Positions 1 through 12,540 of a DNA stretch of 64,000 bases are shown here, in pieces. The stretch is from NCBI GenBank assembly GCA_030704615.1, contig CM060733.1, positions 36,642,001 to 36,706,000 on the forward strand. Direction: 5' to 3'. A program made the position numbers and the translations under genes. The notes below the pieces were generated by a model. It was given only the letters and a program-made list of their open reading frames with translations, was not told the origin of the DNA and did no database searches. Each line of letters starts with the position of its first letter. Within the stretch, counting starts at the first letter, position 1. This DNA comes from Takakia lepidozioides (lineage: Eukaryota; Plantae; Bryophyta).

Positions 1-2500
1 ATGAGCAAGGTAGTATCTGATTGGCCACTGCCAATCTAACCATTCATCTGCACTTCCTTGCACCTCCATTACAAATAAACTCGCATCAGGTAACTGATCG
101 TCCACTCCTGTGGCGGCCTCTCCTGTTGTTAGTCGTGACAAATGATCTGCCACAAGATGCAAACGGCCAGGCTTGTAAATAACCTCGAACTCAAACTCAT
201 GCAAGATTATTAACCACCTCGCTATCCTTCCACTTATCAAGGTTTGTTCACCAGATATATCAGAGCCTGGTGATCCACATAAACATAAACTTTCTTCCCA
301 TAGGTAATGCCTGAATTTCTTCACTGCATAAATCATTGCCAATGCTTCTCTTTCCGTTGTACTATAGTTCCTCTCAGCACTGTTCATCAACCGGCTAGCA
401 TAGTACACAGGTGAATCTATATTCCCTGTAACATTCTGGGCTAACACCGCTTCCAACGCTTCTCCTGATGCATCGCAGTGAACATGGAATACTACATGCC
501 AGTGAGGGTTAATCAGTACAGGTGTAGTTGTTACTGACAGTGTAAGTTCCTCAAATGCCTGTTGACATTCCGCTGTCCGGCAAACACTGCATCTTTCTTC
601 AGTAAGTTTGCTCAATGGTGCTGCTATTTGTGCATACCTTTTGACAAATCTCCTGTAATAACTGGTTTGCCCAAGGAATCTTCGTAGACTTTTAACATTC
701 ACTGGTGGTGGAGAGGCTTTAATGGACTCTGTCTTTCTGGGATCCACAAGGAGTCCTTTTTACACACAATGTGTCCCAGAAGCACCCCTGAGTTCACACA
801 GAAAGTACACTTCTCTGGATTCAGGCCCAGACCTCTCATCCTGCATCTGGCCAGCATAACTCCAATTTATGCAAGTGCTCATTCTTAGAGCTGTACACAC
901 TGAAATCATCCAAGAACACCTGCATGAAATCATCCAGATACTCATGAAAAGATTCACTTATCACTCTCTGAAAGGTCGCTGGTGCATTACAAAGTCCAAA
1001 GGGCATGACTTTGTATGCATAAGCCCCCCAGTCTGTGATGAAAGCTGTTTTCCCTTGGTCTTCTTCTGCCACTTGCACTTGATTATAACCACTGAAGCCA
1101 TCCATGAATGAGTACATCTCATGGCCTGCCACAGTGTCTAATACTGCTTCTGTGAATGGCAAAGGGAAAGGATCTTTCTTCGTACAAGCATTCAGCTTCT
1201 TATAGTTCACACATACTCTTAGTTTGCCATTCTTCTTGGGAACTATAACAATGGGTGACAACCAAGTTGTATACTCTATTGGGTATATAAACTTAGCCTC
1301 AGCCAACTTCTTATCTCTTCTCCAACCTTCTGTGCGTAGTTGGGATTCATTCTATACCTCGCCTGCTTGATTGGTACTGACCCTGGTTCCAGTTCAATCT
1401 TATGCTGACAGACTTCAGGTGGTATCCCTTTTAGATCCTCATAGCTCCAAGCAAATACATCTCTGTATTTGATGAACAAGCTTTTAGCTTCTTCGAAGAA
1501 TTCCGGCTCCAAATCAGCTCCTACTTTCACCATCCTCGGTTCCTCTTTAGTTCCCACATTTACTTCTCTCACCTGCTCATCAGCTGTGATTGTCCAACCA
1601 GTCACCACTTCATCCTGTAAGCTCACAGTGGCTGGTTCTTCTAGGATTTCTATTTCTCCTTCTCTCTCTTCATAGAAATGTGATGGGTAAATGCTGGTTT
1701 CCTCTTCAGTTGGTGTTGCTGTCACTACACCACAGCAGATACCTCTCAAACAACTTAGGCTTTCCAGCCGCATCTCTGCAACCTGCTCCCACTCTGGGTG
1801 TGCAGCAAATAGGGTAGCTTCCTGCTCCTCATCCAGTCCTCCTCTCCAGTCATACTCTCTGACTCCTCGAGGTCTTCTTGTAGCAGGTAATCTACTAGAT
1901 TTCTTTGTGGTAATTTGTATCTCGTGTATCCCATTATGCACGGTTAGTAACTGAGAATTCCAGTCATGGAATACCCTGGCCTGTTTCAGCCACGGACGTC
2001 CCAATAATAAGGAGTAAGCCTCCATGACTTCATCCATTTTTAATACAGTTACTGTGATCATAAAGATCATTTTCTGTATCTGTATCTTAACTCCTCTTAT
2101 TAATCCCAATGGCTGTACACTTCTTTGATCTGCCATTGTTACTGTAAATGGGGCTTTTCATGTTACTTAGACCAAGCTTCTTCCTTAATTGGTCTGTCAT
2201 GATATTTACTCCAGAACCACCATCTATCAGTACATCAGTTAGTTCTGTGCTTCCAATTCTCAATTGGATTACTGGCATAGAATCATCAAAGTCCATGACT
2301 GGTTCTCGCCCTTCCGGCTTCACATTATAACTGGTCACCTTGCTGTTCAGGTCTGTGTTTCCTGTCTCTTGGGCAATTCGATTGATTGCTTGATACAGCC
2401 TGTGCCTACAATAAGGTGCCACAGCTAATAGCTGTCCAATGGTAATTTCTGCTTTGGTCTGACATATTACTGCAGCCAAAGTCTCTTCATTACTTTGCAT
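1..2500 (-). pseudogene. pol: pol polyprotein (aspartic protease, RT, RNase H), frameshifted
   Basis: ORFs 2087-2500, 1276-2136 and 836-1306 carry protease and RT motifs; RNase H motifs read manually in 1-700. Confidence 0.93.
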
Positions 2501-2759
2501 GTCTGCATCTTCTTTTTTCTTTCTTCCTCACTCCCTTCTTTTTCTCCATCCGAATCAGAGGAATCTGCCACAGGAATATCAATACTCTTTGCATTTCCCT
2601 TATAGTATCTGCCACTTCCTTGTGCAGTTCCTTCTCATCTTTCCAAGTCTCTTCATCTTTAGCATATCATTGCCACTTCCAGTCTCATCTTTCTTCCTCT
2701 TCTACTGGAGGTATTAGTTTGGCTTTACTTCTTGTTACTATCATTGTACTTACTTCTGG

Positions 2760-4780
2760 TACAACACATGGCCTAACCATGTGAGCTGCCACCACTGGGC
2801 CCTCATTCACAGGAGCTCTCATCTCATTCTGATGTCTTATCCAGAATGAACAGGCTGCCTTGCGATGTCCTGGCTGATTACAATAGTAACATAGCTCTTC
2901 ACCATTGGGTCCTCGCCCTTGGTCTGTTCTTGGATTATTTCTATAATCCTGATTCCCGGGCTGGTAATTCCCCTTGGATTACCCTGATAGTTGCCTCTGG
3001 AATTTCCTTGGTAATTCCCTCTTGAATTACCTCTCCCTTCCATGCCATTGTTATAACCACTAGACCTCCCATAGTGGTCCTGATCATTGTTTCTTCTTGG
3101 CTGGGGCTGCACCTGATGCACCCTTACTTGCCTAGGTTCTCTTGCAGCTGTCCTTCTGTTGTAGTAACAATTCTCAGTAGAATGGTTATCCATTTTACAG
3201 ATAGTACAATGTTTCTCCTTCATGTGGCATTCTGTGGTGGTATGGCCTTCATTCTGCACTTTGCACACCATACACCTTTCCTCCAATGTGTTGCAGCCTC
3301 TGTGCATACTTCTTCAAGATTTCTTCCAATTTTTTTCATAGTTATCCCTCTTCAACTTCTCCTTTTCTTACTCTTTCTTTTTAGTTCTTGTTCTTTTTCT
3401 TCATCTGACTCATCCTCAGAGTCCTCATCTTTTTTTCTCTCTCTCCTGAGCATTCCCAATTGCTCAATTCTGTTCGCAGTTTCAAATGCCTCCTCCACTG
3501 TATATGGGGTAACATATCCACTTTCTTTTGCAATTCTGGTCTTAGTCCACTCACAAACCAAGTCTTCTGTAAACCGGGCATGGTACTGCAGCCAGCTTTT
3601 TCATCATCAATTCCATCTTCTCCATATACTCTTCAACAGTTTCATGCTTCTTCTGCTTCAGCTGTTGTAAACTTCCATACACTTCATCCTCAGTTTTACT
3701 TGTCCTGAACTTATTTCGAAATGCTGTATTCAAGCCATTCTAGGTTAGGAAATGACTATCAGGGAATCTTGCATACCATTCACTTGCTTTCTTGATAAGT
3801 GAACAAGAAACAGTCTCATCTTGGCATCATCGCCATTCTCATTGTTCACTATTACACATGTGCTCAAATTGGCTAATGTGTACATCGGAGATCCCCTTTT
3901 CCTGAATATATTGGAAAGGGTGGTTTTGCCCGTGTTGGTTGTAACGCCATCCGTGGCCCTACCTTCTGCCCACTGACAGGTGCTGGCACCCTTGCTGGTG
4001 CTGGTCCTTCTGGACCTGTTGCTTTTGTGGTGGATCTTCCACCAAGTGGTGGCCCTTGAGCACTCCTTGCTTCTGGCCCCACGATATTCACAGTATCCCA
4101 GCTTCAGTTGCACTACTTCCCACACTCCCTGTCCCCCAGAGCCAGATCCAGGCAGCCCGCCTGATCCCCCTGAAGCCGACACCTTCGTTGGCCTGCGATC
4201 CAAGTGCTCCACTTGATCCAGGTCCAACGGGTTGGGATGTCCTGGTTGTAGTCTCAACCTCAGCTGTTGGGTCTACTTCTTCATATTCTTCCTCTTCTAA
4301 TTTCTTCTCTCTGTTTTCATCCTCCAAGTTCTGCCCTTGGGTTTCTTCTTCACTCATGTAACTCAACTGTAATGGTGTTGGAGAGTCTGAACTCTCCGTT
4401 GGCTCTGCCACATCCTCTTCTCCTTCTTCACCTTCTGCTTCAGAAACTGGAGTTCCTGCTTTTGGTGTTCCATGCCAACTCTTATCAAAGATTTCTATCA
4501 AGTCTTTTATCCAAGGATGTACCTCAGATCTTTCACCTCGTGATTGATCTTCTTCCTGTACCAATTCCCTTAATCTTTCTTGCAAAGAAACAGAAGGAGT
4601 GGCATCCAACTCTAGTTCTTCCGGTATAGGTGATGCACTCTTTGATCTTGATGGTGTGAGAGGTCCAGATGATTCCCCTATGTCTATTCCTCTCTCCCAA
4701 AGATATGGATAATTAGCTTTCAGATAGCTTTCTCTTTTTGCTGAATATCTCTGTCGTCTAGCTTCTCTTTCATCACTCAT
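2760..4780 (-). pseudogene. gag: gag, frameshifted, with three CCHC-type zinc knuckles
   Basis: Gag-like segments (LQQLKQKKHETVEEY; WFVSGLRPEL); knuckles CMVCKVQNEGHTTTEC, CTICKMDNHSTENC and CYYCNQPGHRKAAC (~2855-2895). Confidence 0.85.
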
Positions 4781-4801
4781 GTCCCATGTCTTTCATTTCT
4801 T

Positions 4802-5347
4802 TTAATGTGGCAATAACCAAAACTCTCTTCTGTAATATCTCTCGTATATGCCTGGGTTTCTTTCAAGCTTCAATGCACCCTTGGCTATACTTGAAGTCTC
4901 CGTTACCATATAACCATATGGCAAACAAGTCTGAAAAGCTGTTCTTGGTGTGAGTTTGATCCACAAAATATCCTTTGGAATCCAATTCTTTACCAGTACC
5001 AGCTCTTCATGCATATGAGTATAAACATTCACCTTTCTTTCTTCCCAGCCTTCAAACTCTACTCGTTTAATGGATAACAATGCTATCACATAAACCAATG
5101 TTGGTAACCAACGTGCTCTTCCTCTACAGGCTACCTGATAAATCTTTATCACTCCTTTCTCCAGACCCCATTCTGGATCAGCATCATGCACTCGTTTAAG
5201 AATATTTTCTTTACAACCGTTTGACAATTCCAAGAACCTTTGAAAGAATTGTTTGGACAATCTTTCTTCCTTCGTTCCACAGGGAATTTGATTCACTTCA
5301 AATTCTTTAATGGTCCAACCACCATGATCCCACCAGATGCCTGTCAC
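4802..5347 (-). CDS. Extra ORF of unknown function between the PBS and gag of the retrotransposon
   Basis: 181-codon open frame in the element's sense orientation, ending 22 bp before the gag-region ATG; no recognised domain. Confidence 0.55.
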   Translation of the reverse strand: MTGIWWDHGGWTIKEFEVNQIPCGTKEERLSKQFFQRFLELSNGCKENILKRVHDADPEWGLEKGVIKIYQVACRGRARWLPTLVYVIALLSIKRVEFEGWEERKVNVYTHMHEELVLVKNWIPKDILWIKLTPRTAFQTCLPYGYMVTETSSIAKGALKLERNPGIYERYYRREFWLLPH

Positions 5348-5369
5348 ATCTGGTCATTCATGTCTCAGG

Positions 5370-5387
5370 TCCCCAGTATGGTCGCCA
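5370..5387 (-). promoter_or_regulatory. Primer-binding site (TGGCGACCATACTGGGGA)
   Basis: Starts with TGG 2 nt after the LTR end (...CGACA); resembles the TGGCG...GGGGA PBS type of Athila/Tat/Ogre elements. Confidence 0.8.
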
Positions 5388-5389
5388 AA

Positions 5390-6018
5390 TGTCGCGCGGC
5401 TTTTACTCACCCATCCCTTCGCTATTCGAGGCGGAAACTCCAAGATTGAAGAGTTGGAAATCTCTAAGTACTCAGCCCGCGCAGAACAATCAGTCATGAC
5501 CTACAGCTAGTGTATCATGGGGGTGTTTCCTATTTGTTTCCCTTATGGTATTCATGTTAACTATCTTACCATTGATAATTAAGTATCAGTTTGCTTTATC
5601 AATCTATTGGATTCCATCAACTCATCCATTCATTCCACAGCTTCTCTCAGATCTCTCTACACAGTGTGATTGTATCGTAAAAGTATCCGATTATGATTTA
5701 TCAGGTATCAGGCCGAAGCCATTGTGTCTCTAATCTCCTCTACAATATCATTACAGCCTTGCATATATCAAGCATCTATTCATCATCTCTCTATCTTCAC
5801 TTCCGTTCTTCATCTCTGCCCGATCCCCTCTCCTCTATCACCAAGAAGTCCTCCTCCGAATCCTCTCCCTCAATTCCCCGTTCTCCCTTTATCTTCCTAT
5901 CCGCAGTTCTAACCGTTTCCCTCACTAACCGTCGTCTGTGAACTAACATGTTCCCTTCGCAGGTGTTGTTCCCCACAGTCGTTCCCTGTCCTACTCTTCG
6001 TTCCCTATGATCGTGACA
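5390..6018 (-). repeat. 5' LTR (~629 bp)
   Basis: On the minus strand it begins TGTCACGA and ends GCGCGACA (TG...CA with short inverted ends), adjacent to the PBS. The outer boundary is less certain because the second LTR is outside the window. Confidence 0.7.
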
Positions 6019-6290
6019 GCTGTGTCAAGCTGTGACTGGCTGTGTGAAACTGTGACGGGCTGTGTCAAGCTGTGACTGGCTGTGTGAAACTGTGACGGGC
6101 TGTGACTGGCTGTGCGACTGTATTTGGCTGTGTCGGGCTGTGACTGGCTGTGTGGCTGTGTCGGGCTGTGTAGGCTGTGTTGGCTGTGTCTGCTGTGACG
6201 ACTGTGACGGGCTGTGACGGCTGTGTTGGCTGTGACGGGCTGTGTTGGCTGTGTTGGCTGTGACGACTGTGACGACTGTGACGACTGTGT
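6019..6290. repeat. Minisatellite of ~9-10-bp GGCTGTGAC/GGCTGTGTT units
   Basis: Directly visible tandem array. Confidence 0.9.
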
Positions 6291-6412
6291 AACCCCCTCT
6301 ACAGTGCGCTGCTGTCACCCCTAAGGCTCCTGTTGGTCTCAGTCTGTGCAAAAATTAAGGGTACCCTACAGATCCCGTATAAGTGTCTAAGTCTCTGACA
6401 GTCCTCTAACAC

Positions 6413-7292
6413 CTGTCACAGCCCCTCACAGCCCCTCACAGCCCCACAGGCCACTGGGCTTAGCCTGTCACAGCCCCTCATAGCCCGTCACAGCTCGCCA
6501 CAGCCTATCACAGCCCATCACAGCCCCACAGGCCACAGGCCACAGCCTGTCATAGCCCCTCACAGCCCCTCACAGCCCCACAGGCCACTGGGCTTAGCCT
6601 ATCACAGCCCGTCACAGCTCGCCACAACATGTCACAGCCCATCACAGCCCCACAGGCCACAGGGCACAGCCCCTCACAGCCCCTCACAGCCCCACATGGC
6701 ACAGCCTGTCACAGCCCCTTATAGCCCGTCATAGCCCCACAGGCCACAGGGCACAGCCTGTCACAACCCCTTATAGCCCGTCACAGCCCCAAAGGCCTCA
6801 GGCATGGCCTATCACAGCCCCTCACAGCCCCAAAGGCCTCAGGCACGGCCTGTCACAGCCCCTCACAGCCCATCACAGCCCCAAAGGCCACGAGCACAGC
6901 CTGTCACAGCCCGTCACAGCCCCAAAGGCCAGGGGCGCAGCCCGTCACAGCCCCGAAGGCCACTGGCGCAGCCCATGACAGCCCCAAAAGGCCACCGGCA
7001 CAGCCCCTCACAGCCCATCACAGCCCCCAAGGCCACCGGCGCAGCCCGTCACAGGCCCTCATAGCCCGTCACAGCCCCGAAGGCCACCGGCACAGGCCCT
7101 CATAGGCCCTCACAGCCCGTCACAGCCCGAAGGCCACCGGCGCAGCCCGTGACAGCCCCTCACAGCCCGTCACAACCCCGAAGGCCACTGGCGCAGCCCG
7201 GCACAGCCCGTCACAGCCCTGAAGGCCACCGGCACAGCCCCTCACAGCCCGTCACAGCCCCCAAGGCCACAGGGACAGCCCGTCACAGCCCC
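6413..7292. repeat. Minisatellite of GTCACAGCCC units with higher-order ~30-40-bp structure; reverse complement of the 6019-6290 motif
   Basis: Directly visible tandem array. Confidence 0.9.
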
Positions 7293-7729
7293 ATCCATGA
7301 CCGCTCTGGCAGTTTAGCCATTTCTCCAAGGGGTTTAGCCATGCCAAGCTAGGGTTTGTGTCTCTTGGACTCTAGGCTTCTTTCCACCGAGCTATGGCGG
7401 CTGTGAGGAAATCAGCAAGGTATTCTTGCTCTTTCGGCTCCCACACACCACCATAGTAGCCCTAAGCCATGAGGTGGTTGCCACAAACCAAGCCTTCTTT
7501 CTCACTTAGCCTCCCCAAACACGCCACTAAACTCAATGGCAAACAACCAAGCCCTGCTGGTTCCCAGCCCTTGTGAGCACTCATTCAAGCACTCTCCTTG
7601 GCCATAGCATCTGTCTTAGAGCCTATTCCAGCCCCCTACACCTGCTGCTTCAAGAGTTGCGCTCCCTTCAAGCTTGAAGTTGAAACCCCAACTCACATAG
7701 GCCCTACAAGTGCTTTTCTTTCACTCCAA

Positions 7730-8145
7730 GTGGAAACCAGCCCTAAACCTTCCATTCTAGCTCTCTAAAGCTTGAAAACAAGAGCCTCAATGGGCTGAAG
7801 GCATGCTCCACACATGCCCCACTCTCACCATAAGAGAATCAGCTCCTTTGCTTCATTTCTTGCACCCACAAACCTGAAAATACAAGCTTCAGCAGGCTGA
7901 AAGCATGCTCCACATGCCCTACAGGGAAACCAGCCCCTTCCTTCTTTTCTTGCACTCCCACACCTGAAAGTGCAAGCCTTCACCAGGCTGATAGCATGCT
8001 CCACACATGCATTGCCCTCACATAAGGGAAGTCAGCCCTTCCCTCTTCCTTGCTTGCCCTCCAAGCTTGAAGATGGAAGCTTCAATGAGCTGAATACATG
8101 CTCCACACATGCAACCTCTTCACACAAGAGATATCAGCCCCCTAT
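7730..8145. repeat. Four diverged ~90-105-bp tandem repeats with core GCATGCTCCACACATGC
   Basis: Core recurs at ~7801, 7903, 7993 and 8096. Confidence 0.75.
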
Positions 8146-11100
8146 CTTGGCTCCTTGGCTCCTTGATGCTCTCTAAGACAAGACTAAGCACTCCACAGCC
8201 CTTGTCCTGAAACCCTATGGCTTACATTTCCAGCCACAAGACACTCCAATTGTGGTGCAAGAACTTTTCTTCCAAGCTCTGAAACCCTTGGTGCACATTC
8301 CATGGCCTTGCCGCACCTCTTAGCTCCAATTCCAGCCCCGCTCTTGCCATGGCAAGAGCCCTCATACCGCTGGAGTTTCAGATTGAAACCCCCAACTCAA
8401 CATAGCCACAAATGCATTGGCTTGCATACAAGAGAAATCAGCCATCTCTCTTCACTCATACCTCCTTATGAGCTTGAAGTTGGAGCTCCCGATAACTGTG
8501 ACTTACATGCTACAGCTCCTTAACTTGGCCTGCAGCTGAAGAAGACGACCACCAGTTCACCCACTCGAGACCAGCATCTCCCCCGCTTCACACTAGAAGC
8601 CCAAACTTGGTTGCCATAGCGTTGAGCTATGCAACGCCGCTCTTCAACATAGGCTACCCGCCTCTCTATCCATTGCAAACCTGCAACCTGTTTGCCTTTG
8701 CACTCTATCCACTTTGGATAGGCTCATGCACGGATCCCTGCACTCTAGGCTGAACCGCTTCTCATGAAAACACAAGTGCTACAAAACAACTTGAACCTGG
8801 CACTCACAGACTCGAGCTGATCTTTCTCAAGTGATAACAAAGAAGAATACAAGCACGAGCTCATACGAGCTCACAAAGCTGAAGCATAAACTCATGCATA
8901 TATAACCTCATCACTCAAATACAAGTCAAGCCAAGTGCACCCCATGCCATGGGGAATCCACACTACGGCGCCATAGCTAGGCGCGGTGAGGCTCAACTCA
9001 AGAAAGATGAGCCTCCCACGCTTGCCGTGAAGATAACCACTCCAGGGCCTAAATCTACCTTGACCCCTGGATTGACACTTGGGCCAATCCCAAATGTCAA
9101 TATGTAAAAGCTAGCTATTTCCTAGCTAGTTTCACACTAGTGGTAAAATAACTTGACACACCTATAATATAGCCACTTTTCTAATTCTGTATTCTCGCCA
9201 CATGGGCGTTGGGTAGAATCTACTGATGTCGCCCTGCCTGCGATTTTGGAAAAGTGAAAAAAAAAAATACACTGACTCGAACCAAGGTCACAAAGGTCAC
9301 AAAGAAGCATGCAAGCCGAGAAGAAAACAAGAGGCAAAGTTGGGGAATACCCAACAACAAGGAGAAAGAGACCACTTCCACGCATAGAGTCCAAACTAAG
9401 ATGAGCCTTAAATTTTAGGGGTTGGTAGAACATGAGCACGGCGTGAGCACAACCCACAGTCATGGGGGTTTTGGTTTTATGTTTTTAAACCGTAGTCACA
9501 GGAGTTATATGTTTTCAAAACGGAATAAACCATTGGCGGATATAGAGACATGGTGCATTTATAGGGTTTTTGTGCCTATTTCTGTCCTTATTCCTAAAAC
9601 TAAACCCTAATGCGAAATAGGCACCGATAATGTATATCTACAAGCTCCAAGTTCCACATTTATAGCTTTGGTATCCTACAAAAGAATAACACATTAGGGA
9701 AAAACAAAGTCACAATAACCAACACCATCAAATACCAAACAATAATTGAACAATTAATATAATGAGGCAAACAACGGGTTTCGTTAGCGAAATAAATCAA
9801 GGTATCGGGTCTCACCAGTGCAATTTCAAGGTATCGTTGCGTAGGTCATTATTCAATGTTTTCGTGGGTGAAACAAAATGAGTTGTGTTTGGTTTTGTAT
9901 ATAAAGAATGACGTGAGGTTGTTTTATTTCGCTACCGAATTGTTATGCGTTTATTGGAGTAGGTCATTACCCACGCTTTTGTGGGCGAAACAAAATGAAT
10001 TGTGTCTAGTTTCGCAGATTAGTGATAGCTACAAGCGTCAACATCACATGATTAAATATGCAACTATTAGTCAACAAAAACTGTTGATGGAGATGGAAAG
10101 CGGGTTCTTGGAATGTAATGACACACGCTCCGTCATAGGGCCAAGTGCTTAACTTTGTGTGGCTTCTGCTCACATGAGCACATAATCCTAGAAACTATGC
10201 CACAATCTCTCACCTCCATAGCTCTAGGTATTGAGAGGGATTGTATTGAGGGCTTTGTAGGGGGGATTCCTTTGGCAAAGGTGCCATTGGCTTGACTTGC
10301 TAATGTGATAGAGTGGATTTCACTTGGAAGGACTAGGGCTTGTTCTTAGTGTGATTGCTTCATGCTTTGAGAGTTGTCATTGTCTTCCACTTCTCTCATT
10401 TCTCATCTCTTATCATTACAAGAAGATGAGCACTCCTCAACCCTCACAAGGGAAAAACCCATCCCCATGTCCCAAGTGAGGCTTGATACCTCACTTCGCA
10501 TATGAGACAAAATGAAATCCCAACACGCAAAATACAAATATAAATATCCAAAATGTCCTAGTTAACTAGAAGTAGGTAATTCTAGTTAACCATGACTAAA
10601 ACCATGACACCTCGGACCGTTTCAATAGTGAAGTGGGGTCATTTGTGCATCCCAATGGTTCATCTTCAGTGGGCCGTAAGCTATTGCAAGTTCCATACTT
10701 GACACCTACACACTTGATACCCAAAGAAAACCCCTATTTCCACCCCATTGCAAGCCCGCCATTGACTACACCTTTGCTTTGGACTTAAAAAATTACTAGT
10801 TTTTCCTAAAAGTTTAATTTCATTGCTTGGTTTGTGGTGTTTCTTTCCCATTTGAATGCGTTTAGGAACCAAGATGCACATTTGTTAGGTCTCAAATCAA
10901 CAAGAACTTATCATGTTGAGAGTGCCCAAGGTGGAATTTCCGAAACCTAATGGGAATCAGAAAAGTAAAGAAAATGGGAGCTTTCAAACCCCGACACCAG
11001 TGGATCTCTAGCAATCCCCCACTTCAATGGTGTGAAAGAAATAGAGTAGTTGAAGATAAAAATGATTGAGAGACTCACAACTCAGATGTTTCAGAGTGAA

Positions 11101-11207
11101 CATGCGGGGAGAGAGATGATTATGCAAGGACAATTACAGATGGGTGAAATGTTTGCAGAGGTTGTGAAGCCTAAAGAATGATGCAGAGCTTGGTATAGTA
11201 GGGTGCT

Positions 11208-12540
11208 TTAAGTTATGTGTGGGAAAACATCCAAATGCTGAGTTAGAGCTGCAATAAAAAGTGGTTTGATTTCAATATCAAATGGAGTATAAAATTTGCA
11301 TTTAGATCTCACTGTTGGATTATCTATCAACCACTGCTCAAATAACTTAGTCCTTAATTTTTCTCCTTCTGCTTTTGCAATCTCTCCATCTCTCAATTCC
11401 AAAACCCGCCAAATGATCTCTTCTAGCTGGGGCATTGGCAATGGTTTAGGAGCACCCCACAACTCACAAAATTATGCAAGATAGTACAACAAGCAACTGC
11501 AATTCTGGCAGCTCTATCAACTCTAGAATTAAAATGTTTCAGAATACGCCATCTGTTTTTTAGAGATCCAAAAGCATTTTCTATGGTTATCCTACCTGAG
11601 TTCATGCTAGAATCAAATCTCATCTTCTCCATGTCTGCTGGATTGTGGGTTTTTCAATTCTTCTGCAATTAGGTGCGGATAGGATAAGCTGCATCTCCAA
11701 TCAAGTACATCTCATGCCTCCAACTGTGACTACTGGCTCTTGAAGAATCTCACAAGCCCCCAATTGTCTAAGAAGGTGGACGCATTGCCGGAGCAAGCGT
11801 AACTTATGGTGACACTTGACCCCATAGGGCAATTGTTTTCCAGTGGGAAGATGGACACCGTAATGACTTCCAACAGGTGGATTGAACCCACAACCACTCG
11901 TAAGATGGTATGTGCCCTTACCACTGGGCTACATGCTGGTTGTCTTCAATTGTGTATACAGAATCGACATCTTGAACTGTCCTCCATCATGAACCCCTCT
12001 TGGTTGGCCCACACATACATTCCAAAATCTCTTGTCCGCATCACAAACAGCTTACAGCACACTACTTTGGAATTTTTTTCTATTATAAAAATCACTAACT
12101 CTTTTAGTGTGATTCTTTTATTGGGAAGCTCAGCTAAAGGAATGTGACTGCCATCAATTGCTCCACAAATATTAGGTAGCCATGTGAGTTTCTGGAAATG
12201 GTTTATAATCTTTTCAAATGGTCACCCGAAGGGATATTAATGTACTTGCCGAACAATTTATTTCTATCAGGTAGAATGTCACAAACAATATCAACATACT
12301 TTCGTATGATTGATGCACCCACATTGAAATGATCAGCCATATATGTAGCACTACCCATGAACAAACCTATATAGAACAATGGTCATAATTTTTTTGATCT
12401 CTAATTGTGGCCTCCAAGATTAAGGCACCGAGATTGCAAGAAAGGTGTCAATTCTCAAACTAAGTTGTTGAAAGCTTCATAACTCATTCTGTAAAACATT
12501 AAACATTTCTTGTGTCTCGTTTCAGGTGTAGTATGCCACA
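11208..12540 (-). mobile_element. PIF/Harbinger DDE transposase remnant (DDE_Tnp_4-like), frameshifted
   Basis: Minus-strand motifs ICGAIDGSHIP (~12140-12170), GQPRGVHD (~11990), YLIGDAAYP (~11680-11707) and RITIENAFGSLKNRWRIL. Confidence 0.88.

Larger units (their letters stand above)
1..6018 (-). mobile_element. Ty3/gypsy LTR retrotransposon, non-chromovirus (Athila/Tat-like); 5' part, degenerate, continues beyond the left window edge
   Basis: Minus-strand order LTR-PBS-extra ORF-gag (zinc knuckles)-protease (VLIDGGSGVNIM)-RT (MPFGLCNAPATFQR, FLDDF)-RNase H (HCDASGEA, EREALAM, ADHLSRL). Multiple frameshifts. Confidence 0.95.

Noticed and set aside
6025-7352. ORFs 6025-6351, 6804-7064 and 7149-7352
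   Set aside because: Translations of stop-poor minisatellites.
9135-9160. CACTAGTGGTAAAA as a CACTA element terminus
   Set aside because: No matching inverted end was found in the window.
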